NCBI GenBank assembly: GCA_964422415.1
Contig: CAYRBI010000003.1
Coordinates: 10,607 to 74,606 of the forward strand
DNA: 64,000 nucleotides
DNA from: an uncultured bacterium
Lineage (GTDB): Bacteria > Hinthialibacterota > Hinthialibacteria > OLB16
Direction of reading: 5' to 3'
The first letter of the stretch is position 1, and each line of letters begins with the position of its first letter. Made by a program: the position numbers and the translations under genes. This document shows, in pieces, positions 1 to 7,974 of this stretch. The notes beneath the pieces were generated by a model. The model searched no databases. It was not told the DNA's origin and worked only from the letters and a program-made list of their open reading frames with translations.

Positions 1-173
1 ATATCTTCCTCGGAAACATGAATTCCATCCCCCTCGCATAGCCCCATCCAATTCCGCGAGGGTATGGGAATGGCCTTATCCGATGATAGAGACAGGGCGT
101 ATGACCTTACTTCCACCTGTTTCTCCATGGGAAGTTCCCGAACAAGTTTGATAATATCATCCATCACGGTCAT
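1..173 (-). CDS. Partial small protein, DUF2281-like putative type II antitoxin (continues beyond window start)
   Basis: Not in ORF track because it is partial. Reverse-strand ATG at 173 with GAGGTG 8 nt upstream. Translation MTVMDDIIKLVRELPMEKQVEVRSYALSLSSDKAIPIPSRNWMGLCEGDGIHVSEEDI resembles the 'LP..KQ.EV' N-terminus and 'W.G...G.i.is.eD' tail of DUF2281-type antitoxins. Confidence 0.4.
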   Translation of the reverse strand, partial: MTVMDDIIKLVRELPMEKQVEVRSYALSLSSDKAIPIPSRNWMGLCEGDGIHVSEED

Positions 174-265
174 TCTGATTCACCTCTTCATAAAGAGGAT
201 AACGCCCAGAACAAAATCGTGAAAGAGAAAAAAGGCCATGTTTCAAAATATGGAGGATAAGGAAT

Positions 266-1135
266 CTATCCTACTGCTTTTCGCTCCGCCGAAAGCAAGG
301 TGTTCTTTAGAAGCATCGCAATGGTCATCGGGCCCACCCCGCCCGGTACCGGGGTGATCAGAGAGGCCCGCTGGGAAGCCTCCGCGAAAGCGACATCACC
401 CACCAGCTTCTGTTTGGTCATGCCCTCCACATCCATGCGGTTGATGCCCACATCAATTACCACCGCGCCGGGACGGATCCAGCTGCCTTGGATCATCTCC
501 GCCTTGCCGACCGCCGCGACCAGAATATCCGCGGAGTGACAGGCCACCTGCAAACGCTCGGTCCGCGAGTGACAGACCGTGACTGTGGCATGACGGTTGA
601 GGAGCAGCATGGCCATGGGTTTTCCCACCATGTTGCTGCGTCCCACCACCACCGCGCGCTTGCCCTTGATCTCCACCCCTTCCCTATCGAGCAGTTCGAG
701 AACTCCCGCGGGAGTGCATGAAACAAAACGGGGATTTCCTATAGCGAGCAGCCCGATGTTCTCGGGATGAAGCCCATCCACATCCTTCTCCGGAAGAACC
801 GCTTGGACCACCCGCTGTGCATCAATCCCGGCGGGAAGAGGTAATTGGACCAAGATCCCATCCAGGGTGTCATCGCGGTTGAGCTTTTCGACCTCGCCGA
901 TCACCTCTTCAGTGGTAACAGTCCCCGGCATGACGATTTCGACACTCTTGATTCCATTCTCTTGACAGGCCTTACCCTTCTTGGTCACATAGATCCGCGA
1001 GGCGGGATCATCTCCGGCCAAGATCACCCCGAGTCCGGGCTGACGGAAACGGGATGCAAGCGCTTCAGCGGCTTGACGGACCTCTTCGTGAATCACAGCG
1101 GCCCAACGCTTTCCATCGATGATTCTAGCTGGCAT
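266..1135 (-). CDS. folD: Bifunctional methylenetetrahydrofolate dehydrogenase / methenyltetrahydrofolate cyclohydrolase
   Basis: 289-aa ORF with end-to-end FolD family motifs: IIDGK, PGLGVILAGDDPASRIYV, DGILVQLPLP, DVDGLHPENIG, VVVGRSNMVGKPMAMLLL, PVPGGVGPMTIAMLL. Confidence 0.95.
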   Translation of the reverse strand: MPARIIDGKRWAAVIHEEVRQAAEALASRFRQPGLGVILAGDDPASRIYVTKKGKACQENGIKSVEIVMPGTVTTEEVIGEVEKLNRDDTLDGILVQLPLPAGIDAQRVVQAVLPEKDVDGLHPENIGLLAIGNPRFVSCTPAGVLELLDREGVEIKGKRAVVVGRSNMVGKPMAMLLLNRHATVTVCHSRTERLQVACHSADILVAAVGKAEMIQGSWIRPGAVVIDVGINRMDVEGMTKQKLVGDVAFAEASQRASLITPVPGGVGPMTIAMLLKNTLLSAERKAVG

Positions 1136-1430
1136 GAATCCAACAAGCTCCCCTCATTTGCAGGATGTGGATACAACAAGCCTGAACGTACAATCAGTGG
1201 GAGAGGACTGGAAGGGGGCTGGAGTTCCCGTTTCGTTCACTCTCGCTCTGGAGTTCACCTTTTCGTACACTTACAGAAATGCACAGCGAGGGGCCTGCGG
1301 GAAAAGTACACCTTTCCCGCCCCGTTTTAGCCGCATCCTGGGATGGTATGATCCTTGCGGCGACCCAAGAGAAGTAAGCCGCCGGTCAACACAAGAGAGT
1401 TACTGGGCGGAGTGAGAAGGAGCTTGGAAG

Positions 1431-2036
1431 ATGGCGAAGTGGACTCTACCGGTTTTATGTCTGGTGGGAATGGTTGTTTTGTTGTTACCGGAGTTCTTTT
1501 CTCAGTCAGTAATGAATGGTGGCATTCAACCCCCCGGGCCACCCCGGATGGACTGGCGGTTATCCATGATGGATCCGAATGGCGATGGCAGTGTCACCTT
1601 GGCGGAAGCGCAATCAGTGCGTCCCGAAATCACCGCCGAAGATTTCAAGATGCGTGACACCAATGGAGATGGGGTCTGGAACGCACAAGACCGCAGAGGC
1701 AGCTACCGGACCATGGCTGGCCGGCGGAGTATGGAGGAGGTCGACAAGAACTCTGATGGCAAGGTCACCCTGGAGGAATATGTGACCGCTTGCCAGGAGG
1801 AGTTCAAGACGTTGGATGTGGATTCCGATGGTGGGATTATCGAGGGTGAATGGCCCCGCCGGTTCTTTCCGGGACCGCCCCCGATGGCTGGTCTAGGACC
1901 TTGGGGACCGCCCCTTGAAGGTCCCCAGGCCGGCCCACCTCCTGGACCACCGCCAGGAGACGAGATGGAGAACCAGCCCCCAGCTGGCTTTCCACCGGGA
2001 GTAAAAGCAGCGGAGGAAAATCCGTCCACCCAATAG
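1431..2036 (+). CDS. Secreted or membrane-anchored EF-hand calcium-binding protein with Pro/Gly-rich tail
   Basis: N-terminal hydrophobic segment (WTLPVLCLVGMVVLLL). Four canonical EF-hand loops: DPNGDGSVTLAE, DTNGDGVWNAQD, DKNSDGKVTLEE, DVDSDGGIIEGE. C-terminal tail PPPMAGLGPWGPPLEGPQAGPPPGPPPG. Confidence 0.8.
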   Translation: MAKWTLPVLCLVGMVVLLLPEFFSQSVMNGGIQPPGPPRMDWRLSMMDPNGDGSVTLAEAQSVRPEITAEDFKMRDTNGDGVWNAQDRRGSYRTMAGRRSMEEVDKNSDGKVTLEEYVTACQEEFKTLDVDSDGGIIEGEWPRRFFPGPPPMAGLGPWGPPLEGPQAGPPPGPPPGDEMENQPPAGFPPGVKAAEENPSTQ

Positions 2037-2043
2037 GCTCCCC

Positions 2044-2070
2044 TTCACTCCACTCTTGGCATGGAGTGAA
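2044..2070. terminator. Hairpin between convergent genes (possible bidirectional terminator)
   Basis: Perfect 9-bp stem TTCACTCCA/TGGAGTGAA with a 9-nt loop, between the EF-hand gene stop (2036) and the converging sugar-transferase stop (2098). No clear U-run. Confidence 0.3.
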
Positions 2071-2097
2071 TCCCGGCAGACCAGGTAGGGTTCTTTC

Positions 2098-3507
2098 TCA
2101 GCGTGCTCCCCGCATCAGGGTCAGGATGGTTCTGCAGATGATGGAGAAGTCCAGGAGAATCGACCAGTTCTTGATGTAGTAGAGGTCATACTGGAGTTTC
2201 TCTTTGGCCTCGCTCAGGCTGGCCGCGTATTTGTAACGGATCTGGGCCAAGCCAGTCAGTCCCGGGGGGGCTAGCAGACGGAAGTAGAAGGAGGGCAGCT
2301 CCCGCTCAATACGCTCCTGGATCTCCGGGCGTTCCGGACGTGGTCCAACAAAGGACATGTCCCCTTTCAGGATGTTGTAGAGCTGCGGAATCTCATCCAG
2401 ACGGGTTTTACGAAGGAAACCTCCCACTTTGGTCACGCGGGGATCTTTATCGGTGGCCCATTGTTCACCAGCTGGCTCGGCTCCCTCCACCATCGAACGG
2501 AATTTGTAGATCGTAAACTCCCGCCCGTACTGTCCATAGCGCTTCTGTGAATAAAGGACTGGTCCGGGGGAAGTAAATTTGACCAGGAACCAGATGAAGG
2601 GAAAAAGCGGCGCCGATAGAATCAATCCGGTTAAAGCAATACCCACATCCATGAGCCTCTTGGTCAGAACTGGGAACCGCCGGCTGATATTGACTTGCGA
2701 GGAAAAGAACCAGCTGTCATCGATATGATCCACCCGGATCTGTTCATAAAATTCCTCGAAGAAGCTGACTTCATCGATCAACACACACCCCAAGCTCAAC
2801 ACATCATAACAGTGTTGAAGCACCCCTGGTGTCCCCACCGCGCCCGCTCCAATAATGACCATATCGACCTGGTATTCCTTGCACACATGGGTCAGATTCT
2901 CCACACTTCCCAGATAGCCCCCATTCCCATTCTCCCCCGCTGTACAAAACCCGATGAAGGTGAATACGGAACGTTCCTGGCGGAGTTTCACCGCCAGCGT
3001 GGATTTATCCGGGGCTACGGAAACCAGGAGTACCTTCATGGGAAACCGCCGGATCAGGGAATGCACCACTACACGCGGGAGCAGGCCACCCACGAAAATA
3101 AAGATTCCGGTCAGGCCGAAAATCCAACGTCCCACCAGGCCAAACAACAAGACCGTAACCAGTAGCATGAATAACAAGATCGCGGTTACTGAAGCTTGGG
3201 CTTGAGCGAACCCATAATCATGGAAGCTTCTCAAGAAGCGTTTCTCATACAGGCCCGCCATCAAGCCGCCAATCACCACCGAGATCGCGATACACAGGTA
3301 TTGAGTCAGATCGGCGGAGGACCGGCCTGCTTGCGGTGACAACTGATAAGAGAGCCCTAGACTGACAATGGAGACAAGAAGATCGTAGGCAATCCAAATC
3401 GACGCCGGGATCTGGCAACCGATTCGAAACATGCTATTCGTGGTCTTACGCAAACCCAACAAGTCCTGCGCATCTTCAGGGATCTGTTGGGAGGGAGATA
3501 ATGCCAT
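2098..3507 (-). CDS. Polyprenyl-phosphate glycosyl-1-phosphate transferase (bacterial sugar transferase, WbaP/EpsB-like)
   Basis: 469-aa ORF with a multi-TM N-terminal half. C-terminal sugar-transferase domain motifs: YKFRSM, DPRVTKVGGFLRKTRLDEIPQLYNILKGDMSFVGPRPERPE, GLTGLAQI. Confidence 0.9.
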   Translation of the reverse strand: MALSPSQQIPEDAQDLLGLRKTTNSMFRIGCQIPASIWIAYDLLVSIVSLGLSYQLSPQAGRSSADLTQYLCIAISVVIGGLMAGLYEKRFLRSFHDYGFAQAQASVTAILLFMLLVTVLLFGLVGRWIFGLTGIFIFVGGLLPRVVVHSLIRRFPMKVLLVSVAPDKSTLAVKLRQERSVFTFIGFCTAGENGNGGYLGSVENLTHVCKEYQVDMVIIGAGAVGTPGVLQHCYDVLSLGCVLIDEVSFFEEFYEQIRVDHIDDSWFFSSQVNISRRFPVLTKRLMDVGIALTGLILSAPLFPFIWFLVKFTSPGPVLYSQKRYGQYGREFTIYKFRSMVEGAEPAGEQWATDKDPRVTKVGGFLRKTRLDEIPQLYNILKGDMSFVGPRPERPEIQERIERELPSFYFRLLAPPGLTGLAQIRYKYAASLSEAKEKLQYDLYYIKNWSILLDFSIICRTILTLMRGAR

Positions 3508-3592
3508 ACACTTGTCCGGACCAGTGGCGGCCTGAAGTTCCGGGTTGCGTTTTCCGCTCAGAGGTGATTCAGGCTACAGCCGCTTTTTCTTT

Positions 3593-3625
3593 AAAAAAAA
3601 CCATCAGCAACCTTCTCTGGATGGG
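3593..3625 (-). terminator. Rho-independent terminator candidate downstream of the DUF218 gene
   Basis: On the minus strand, CCATCCAG-AGAAGGTTG-CTGATGG (7-bp stem with one bulge) is followed directly by T8. It lies about 110 nt after the stop at 3737. Confidence 0.45.
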
Positions 3626-3736
3626 CCTGTATTCACTCAGCCATCATCCAGTAACGATTGCTCGTTGAACAGAAATACAGTACCAAAAAAAATGTTATAT
3701 GCCTCTCACCTACCCAGTGTCAACCCCGCCGGATAT

Positions 3737-4600
3737 TTATATCAATCCCTGGCTCCGGTAAAAGAAGAGCCCCAAGGATTCATATAAACAATTCCAAAAG
3801 ACTCCCCAACGGTACCGGTGTTCATTTAGCCGGGAAAGGTTGTTGTCGCGTTGCGGACAAGCACTCACCAGTGCGGAAACACCCGCCCGCTGGAAGACCG
3901 CTTTCGTGCGCCGGGTGTGGAGGGGAGAGGTGACCAGGATGATCTTCTTGCTTCCGCTCTTTTGGAGGTACTCGATGACCGCCCGGCTTTCATCAAAAGT
4001 ATTCTCGGAGGAGGCGGCGGTAACCAGATTGATTCCCACCAGGAGGGGTGCCAGATTGGCCCGGTCCAGTTCAGGAGTGGGTGCCCCGATAGCATAGGCC
4101 GCGGTGATGATAGTCGAGGCGTACCCCTTCTGGGCCAGTTCAATGCCTCGTAGCAGACGGTTCATGCCTTCATTGCTGAGGTAACCACTGTCGCTCACAT
4201 AGGTCCCCAACACCACAATTGCATCCGCTTTCTCCAATGGGTCATCCTCTATCAGGAAGTTGACCATGGTGGGTACCAACGGTGTGTAGATGACCACAAA
4301 GGTGAGTATGCACGCGGCACCGACCAAAAACCAAAGGATGACTCTCAGGCGAGTCAGGTAAAGCAGGCCGCTCAGTACCACCAGGGGGAAAAGGAGCCGA
4401 AAGGCATCAATCCCCTTGGATCCGAGCAGTGACGCGCCATAGGTGGGAATCAACAGGGTTGACAACACAGCTCCCTTGGTGAAGTGAAGCAGCCGGTCAT
4501 GCCAACGAGAGAATCCAAGCCGTATGGAACGAGACATAGCGAGAAGCGAGGATAGCCAATGATTCCGGATTTGGAAACAGAACTGGCCCAGGAGAACCAA
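3737..4600 (-). CDS. DUF218/YdcF (ElyC-like) domain membrane protein
   Basis: 287-aa ORF with N-terminal TM helices followed by DUF218-type motifs: DAIVVLG, RLLRGIELAQKGYASTIIT, ENTFDESRAVIEYL, KKIILVTSPLHTRRT. Confidence 0.75.
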   Translation of the reverse strand: MVLLGQFCFQIRNHWLSSLLAMSRSIRLGFSRWHDRLLHFTKGAVLSTLLIPTYGASLLGSKGIDAFRLLFPLVVLSGLLYLTRLRVILWFLVGAACILTFVVIYTPLVPTMVNFLIEDDPLEKADAIVVLGTYVSDSGYLSNEGMNRLLRGIELAQKGYASTIITAAYAIGAPTPELDRANLAPLLVGINLVTAASSENTFDESRAVIEYLQKSGSKKIILVTSPLHTRRTKAVFQRAGVSALVSACPQRDNNLSRLNEHRYRWGVFWNCLYESLGLFFYRSQGLI

Positions 4601-4664
4601 TCCCGGGCCAGTCTAGTTGACAATCCATTGTGAATGCAGCTCTCTGGAGATCCAGGAAGAAGGG

Positions 4665-6407
4665 TCAGGGCTTCTTGAGAGTCGCCATCGCCTCATCAGT
4701 TATTTTCTTTATCAAATCCTTGCGCGTGTCCTGGCTGCGTTCCGAAACAATCTGCCGGAAGAGAGGTTGGAACATCTCCTCGAAGGTTTTTACCCGTTCT
4801 GGTTCAAGTTGAACGACTTTAACAAGATCAACTCCTTTGTCGGTACGGAGTGGTTTTGGGGTCCAACTCCCCGGCATGAGTGTCTGCAAGGATTCCCACG
4901 TATTCACATCGAATCCGATTCCCTTGGCTAACCATTTGGTTTCGATCTTGAGGGGCCGCTTTTCTGACTCCGTAACCTTCACAAGCACCTCCGGCGAGGC
5001 GCCCTGGGTGACCTGGGCGAGAATCCCGGCCAGCTGTTTCTCGCCTTCACGATAGAGGAATTCGATCTGGGCGCGATTGACATCCTTTTGTTTGAGTTCC
5101 TCCATTGGGAAGGAGATGATCGTCATCAAGTAACGGTCGGTGATCCGGTACTTGTCCTTCCCCTTCTCGTAGACCGCACGGACTTCATCAGTGGTTGGTT
5201 TTGGCATGGCCGAGGTGAGACGATTCAGTTCCGTGGATAACCATGCTCCCGCGAGGACCGAATTCCGTTCAAAACATGCCCGGGCCTGTTCGGTGACACT
5301 GTTAATGTATCCGGCCTTCACAGCCTCCTCGTGGAGAATCTGCGGGAGCACAAACGCACGCCAGACCAGAGCGGCTGCCTCTTTCTTCTCCTTGGCCCGC
5401 ACCCATTCCCGTTTGCAGATATTATCCAGAAACTCCTGCAATTGCTCTCGAGAATAGTAGGTCTTTCCGACCCTTACCACCGACGTTGCGGATGGTACCT
5501 CGAGGTGCGCGCCAGGAAGCAACTGGACAAGACTGTCCTCGAAGATGTCATAACGGGACTTGTCATCCTGCAGGCTCTGGATGAAATCCTTGGCCCGCCG
5601 CATCTTGTTGGCATTATCGAGTTCCTGCCGAAGCGAGGAGACCGCCTTCTCAAACTCCATGGTGGTATCCCGAACACGATTCTCCAGACGTACGATCTCG
5701 AATCCATACCGGGTGGAGAACACCGGGCTGATCTCATTCACCTTGAGGCTCAAAGCAGTGTTTTTGATGATGGGCTGAAGCGGTTCATTCAACTTGAACG
5801 GACCCGCCACACGCCCCGGATCGCCCTTCACATCGGAGTATTTCTTAGCAACTTCAACAAAGCGGTCTGTCTCGACAATCCACGGCCGTTGCGGTTCTGT
5901 CCCCAGGTCCGCCAGAAGCTCCTTATGAGCTTGCTGGATCTTGGCTCTGACAGCCTCCACCTCGGCGGGAGACTTGCACTCGGTGGTGTCGGAAAAAATA
6001 TAGCGGAAACTAAAATTCCCCGGAGTCACATATTTCGAGAGCCGTTCATCATAGGCCTTATGGAGTTCTTCGGTGGTCACACTCACTGTCGAAGCTATCA
6101 AGTTTTCATAAAGCGGCTTTCCTCCCAGGCCTTGTTCGACCATCCACAACCGCCAACGGACCAAGGCTTCGTTTTGGAGGCCCAACTCAGTTGCTTTTTG
6201 AGCACCCAATCCATCCCGGGCTATCTGCTCAATCAAGGCCTCATCAGTCGTTCCCTCCGGCGAGGCTTGACGGGCACACAATAACTCAGCCTGGGTGATC
6301 TTCCCCCAAGCCCCCTCAGCCACCACCGGATCTTCCTGAGCGGCCACTCCCCACGAGGTCAACAATGCCATTAGGCAGAAGAGACACACACGCATGATCC
6401 TGTTCAC
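4665..6407 (-). CDS. Periplasmic SurA/PpiD-like chaperone with parvulin-type peptidyl-prolyl isomerase domain
   Basis: Signal peptide (CLFCLMALLTSWGVAAQ). Central PpiC/parvulin-like block FVEVAKKYSDVKGDPGRVAGPFKLNE...ISPVFSTRYGFEIVRLENR. GTG start at 6407 (GTGA overlap with the upstream TPR gene) or ATG at 6395. Confidence 0.65.
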   Translation of the reverse strand: MNRIMRVCLFCLMALLTSWGVAAQEDPVVAEGAWGKITQAELLCARQASPEGTTDEALIEQIARDGLGAQKATELGLQNEALVRWRLWMVEQGLGGKPLYENLIASTVSVTTEELHKAYDERLSKYVTPGNFSFRYIFSDTTECKSPAEVEAVRAKIQQAHKELLADLGTEPQRPWIVETDRFVEVAKKYSDVKGDPGRVAGPFKLNEPLQPIIKNTALSLKVNEISPVFSTRYGFEIVRLENRVRDTTMEFEKAVSSLRQELDNANKMRRAKDFIQSLQDDKSRYDIFEDSLVQLLPGAHLEVPSATSVVRVGKTYYSREQLQEFLDNICKREWVRAKEKKEAAALVWRAFVLPQILHEEAVKAGYINSVTEQARACFERNSVLAGAWLSTELNRLTSAMPKPTTDEVRAVYEKGKDKYRITDRYLMTIISFPMEELKQKDVNRAQIEFLYREGEKQLAGILAQVTQGASPEVLVKVTESEKRPLKIETKWLAKGIGFDVNTWESLQTLMPGSWTPKPLRTDKGVDLVKVVQLEPERVKTFEEMFQPLFRQIVSERSQDTRKDLIKKITDEAMATLKKP

Positions 6408-6730
6408 TCCTCGTAATCCTCCAAGCCCTCCAAAAGGCTTTCGACCTCCCGGAGGTTTTCAAAGTCCCTTTTCTGGGACATTAACTCCTTGGCCTTTAAT
6501 AATGACTCCCGGGCACGTTGCGGAACACCCATCTCCAGGCAACACTTCCCCACCTGGATGTGGACACGCATCCACGCCGGATTGACCGCCAGGCAGGCCT
6601 CATAATGAGGTAACGCCTGAGCATACTGTCCCGCCTCACAGAGCTCATTCGCCAACGAGAAATGGGCCAGCTCATTGGCGGGGTCCTGCTCAAGCGCTTT
6701 CCGGAACAACTCGATACGGCTGGATGGCAT
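6404..6730 (-). CDS. Small TPR-repeat protein
   Basis: TPR-like helices (ELFRKALEQDPANELAHFSLANELCEAGQYAQALPHYEACLAVNPAWMRVHIQVGKC). Start moved to ATG 6730 (MPSSRIE), which has AAGGAA 9 nt upstream. The ORF-track start at 6799 would crowd the divergent thrB promoter region. Confidence 0.6.
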   Translation of the reverse strand: MPSSRIELFRKALEQDPANELAHFSLANELCEAGQYAQALPHYEACLAVNPAWMRVHIQVGKCCLEMGVPQRARESLLKAKELMSQKRDFENLREVESLLEGLEDYEE

Positions 6731-6817
6731 CAGTCTGCATTCCTTCAAGGAAAGCCCCAACACTCCCCTTCGGTATACCCGCTTGCCCAGGGAGATCATT
6801 GGGTTACTATTCTGTGG

Positions 6818-7726
6818 ATGGAACCCCCACGATTCAAGGTCACAGTCCCCGCCACAACGGCGAATTTGGGAGCCGGGCTTGATTGCCTGGGATTGGCCTT
6901 AACACTGTATAACGAAATCGAGATCTTTCCCTCCGAATCCCCTAGCCTAGTGGTGAAAGGGGAGGGATCAGAAGAATCCACCCCCAGCGTGAACCTCATC
7001 CAGAAGACCTTCGAATCATTCTTTCATCGCTTGGGAGAAGAACCCCCTTCAGTGGGAATCATCTGTACCAACCGGATCCCATTCGCGCAAGGTTTGGGAA
7101 GCTCGGCGGCGGCACGGATCGGGGCGCTGATGGCGGCCAACCATTGGCTCAATAACCGGTTGAGTCAGAGGGAGGTGTTGTATCTGGCGGCTGAAGATGA
7201 GGGCCATCCGGACAATGTGGCCGCCGCGCTCTATGGCGGGTTGGTGGTCTGTGGCGGAGCCAGCCCGGATCTGGTCGTGAAACAAGTCCGGCCCGCACCA
7301 GGAATCCGGGTGGTCTTACTCAGCCCCCAACACCCTCTCAAGACAGAGGTGGCCCGCCGGGTGCTTCCGGAATCGGTTCCCATTGTGGATGCGGTGTCTA
7401 ATCTCCAGAACACCGCACTCACCATCCTGGCTTTTATTACAGGTGATTACCAGATTCTTACGCGGTCCTTATCCGACCGGCTTCACCAACCTTACCGGCA
7501 ATCTCTGATGCCAGGCTTTAAGGAGGTTCTCGCCGAAGCATGTCAGGCGGGAGCCTACGGTGCAGCCCTCTCAGGCGCCGGCCCTACAGTGGCCGCCTTC
7601 ACACAGGGGCACGAGCCAGAGGTGGCCATGGCAATGACAGAGGCATTTATCCATGCGGGAATAGGTTCTTGCCGGACTCAGGTCTTGGATGTGGATTATT
7701 CGGGAACCCGGATCAGTATTTCCTGA
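6818..7726 (+). CDS. thrB: Homoserine kinase
   Basis: GHMP-kinase motifs VPATTANLGAGLDCLGLAL and PFAQGLGSSAAARIGALMAAN. Start moved from 6662 to ATG 6818 (MEPPRFKVTVPATTANLG) because the 52 upstream codons have no family counterpart. Confidence 0.9.
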   Translation: MEPPRFKVTVPATTANLGAGLDCLGLALTLYNEIEIFPSESPSLVVKGEGSEESTPSVNLIQKTFESFFHRLGEEPPSVGIICTNRIPFAQGLGSSAAARIGALMAANHWLNNRLSQREVLYLAAEDEGHPDNVAAALYGGLVVCGGASPDLVVKQVRPAPGIRVVLLSPQHPLKTEVARRVLPESVPIVDAVSNLQNTALTILAFITGDYQILTRSLSDRLHQPYRQSLMPGFKEVLAEACQAGAYGAALSGAGPTVAAFTQGHEPEVAMAMTEAFIHAGIGSCRTQVLDVDYSGTRISIS

Positions 7727-7916
7727 GATATTCTTCGCAGATGATGGCATTGGGGCGTTCCCGCCGGCGGCAGGCGCTCCCATAATTCAACTTGCAACTG
7801 TCACACAGAAAGGACTGCCCGCCGATCAGAGTCCTGAGGCGCGAGCGGAAACGTTTCCATTTGACTACGAACCAGTTCAACGGTGAACTCCCGGGTATGG
7901 GTGTCATGCCCCCCAT
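7713..7916 (-). CDS. Hypothetical small basic Cys-rich protein (67 aa), uncertain
   Basis: Internal Met of ORF 7713..8030. Product MGGMTPIPGSSPLNWFVVKWKRFRSRLRTLIGGQSFLCDSCKLNYGSACRRRERPNAIICEEYLRKY has a C-x2-C-x7-C-x11-C pattern. It fills an otherwise 248-bp gap, and its 3' end overlaps the thrB 3' end by 14 nt. Confidence 0.3.
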   Translation of the reverse strand: MGGMTPIPGSSPLNWFVVKWKRFRSRLRTLIGGQSFLCDSCKLNYGSACRRRERPNAIICEEYLRKY

Positions 7917-7974
7917 GTGGAGCTCGACATGGGAGTGTTGGGCAATGTCTGGAATGTTAAGGAGGATGGAGTCA

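Noticed and set aside
1297-1320. Hairpin GCGGGAAA-(8 nt)-TTTCCCGC followed by CCCGTTTTA in the folD/EF-hand divergent intergenic region. Considered as a terminator or small RNA.
   Set aside because: There is no upstream plus-strand gene to terminate, the U-run is weak and there is no second line of evidence. It may just be part of the 5' leader of the EF-hand gene.
5331-6284. 317-aa plus-strand ORF.
   Set aside because: It is a shadow ORF antisense to the SurA/PpiD-like gene, which has a signal peptide and a parvulin motif. Long antisense ORFs are expected in GC-rich DNA.
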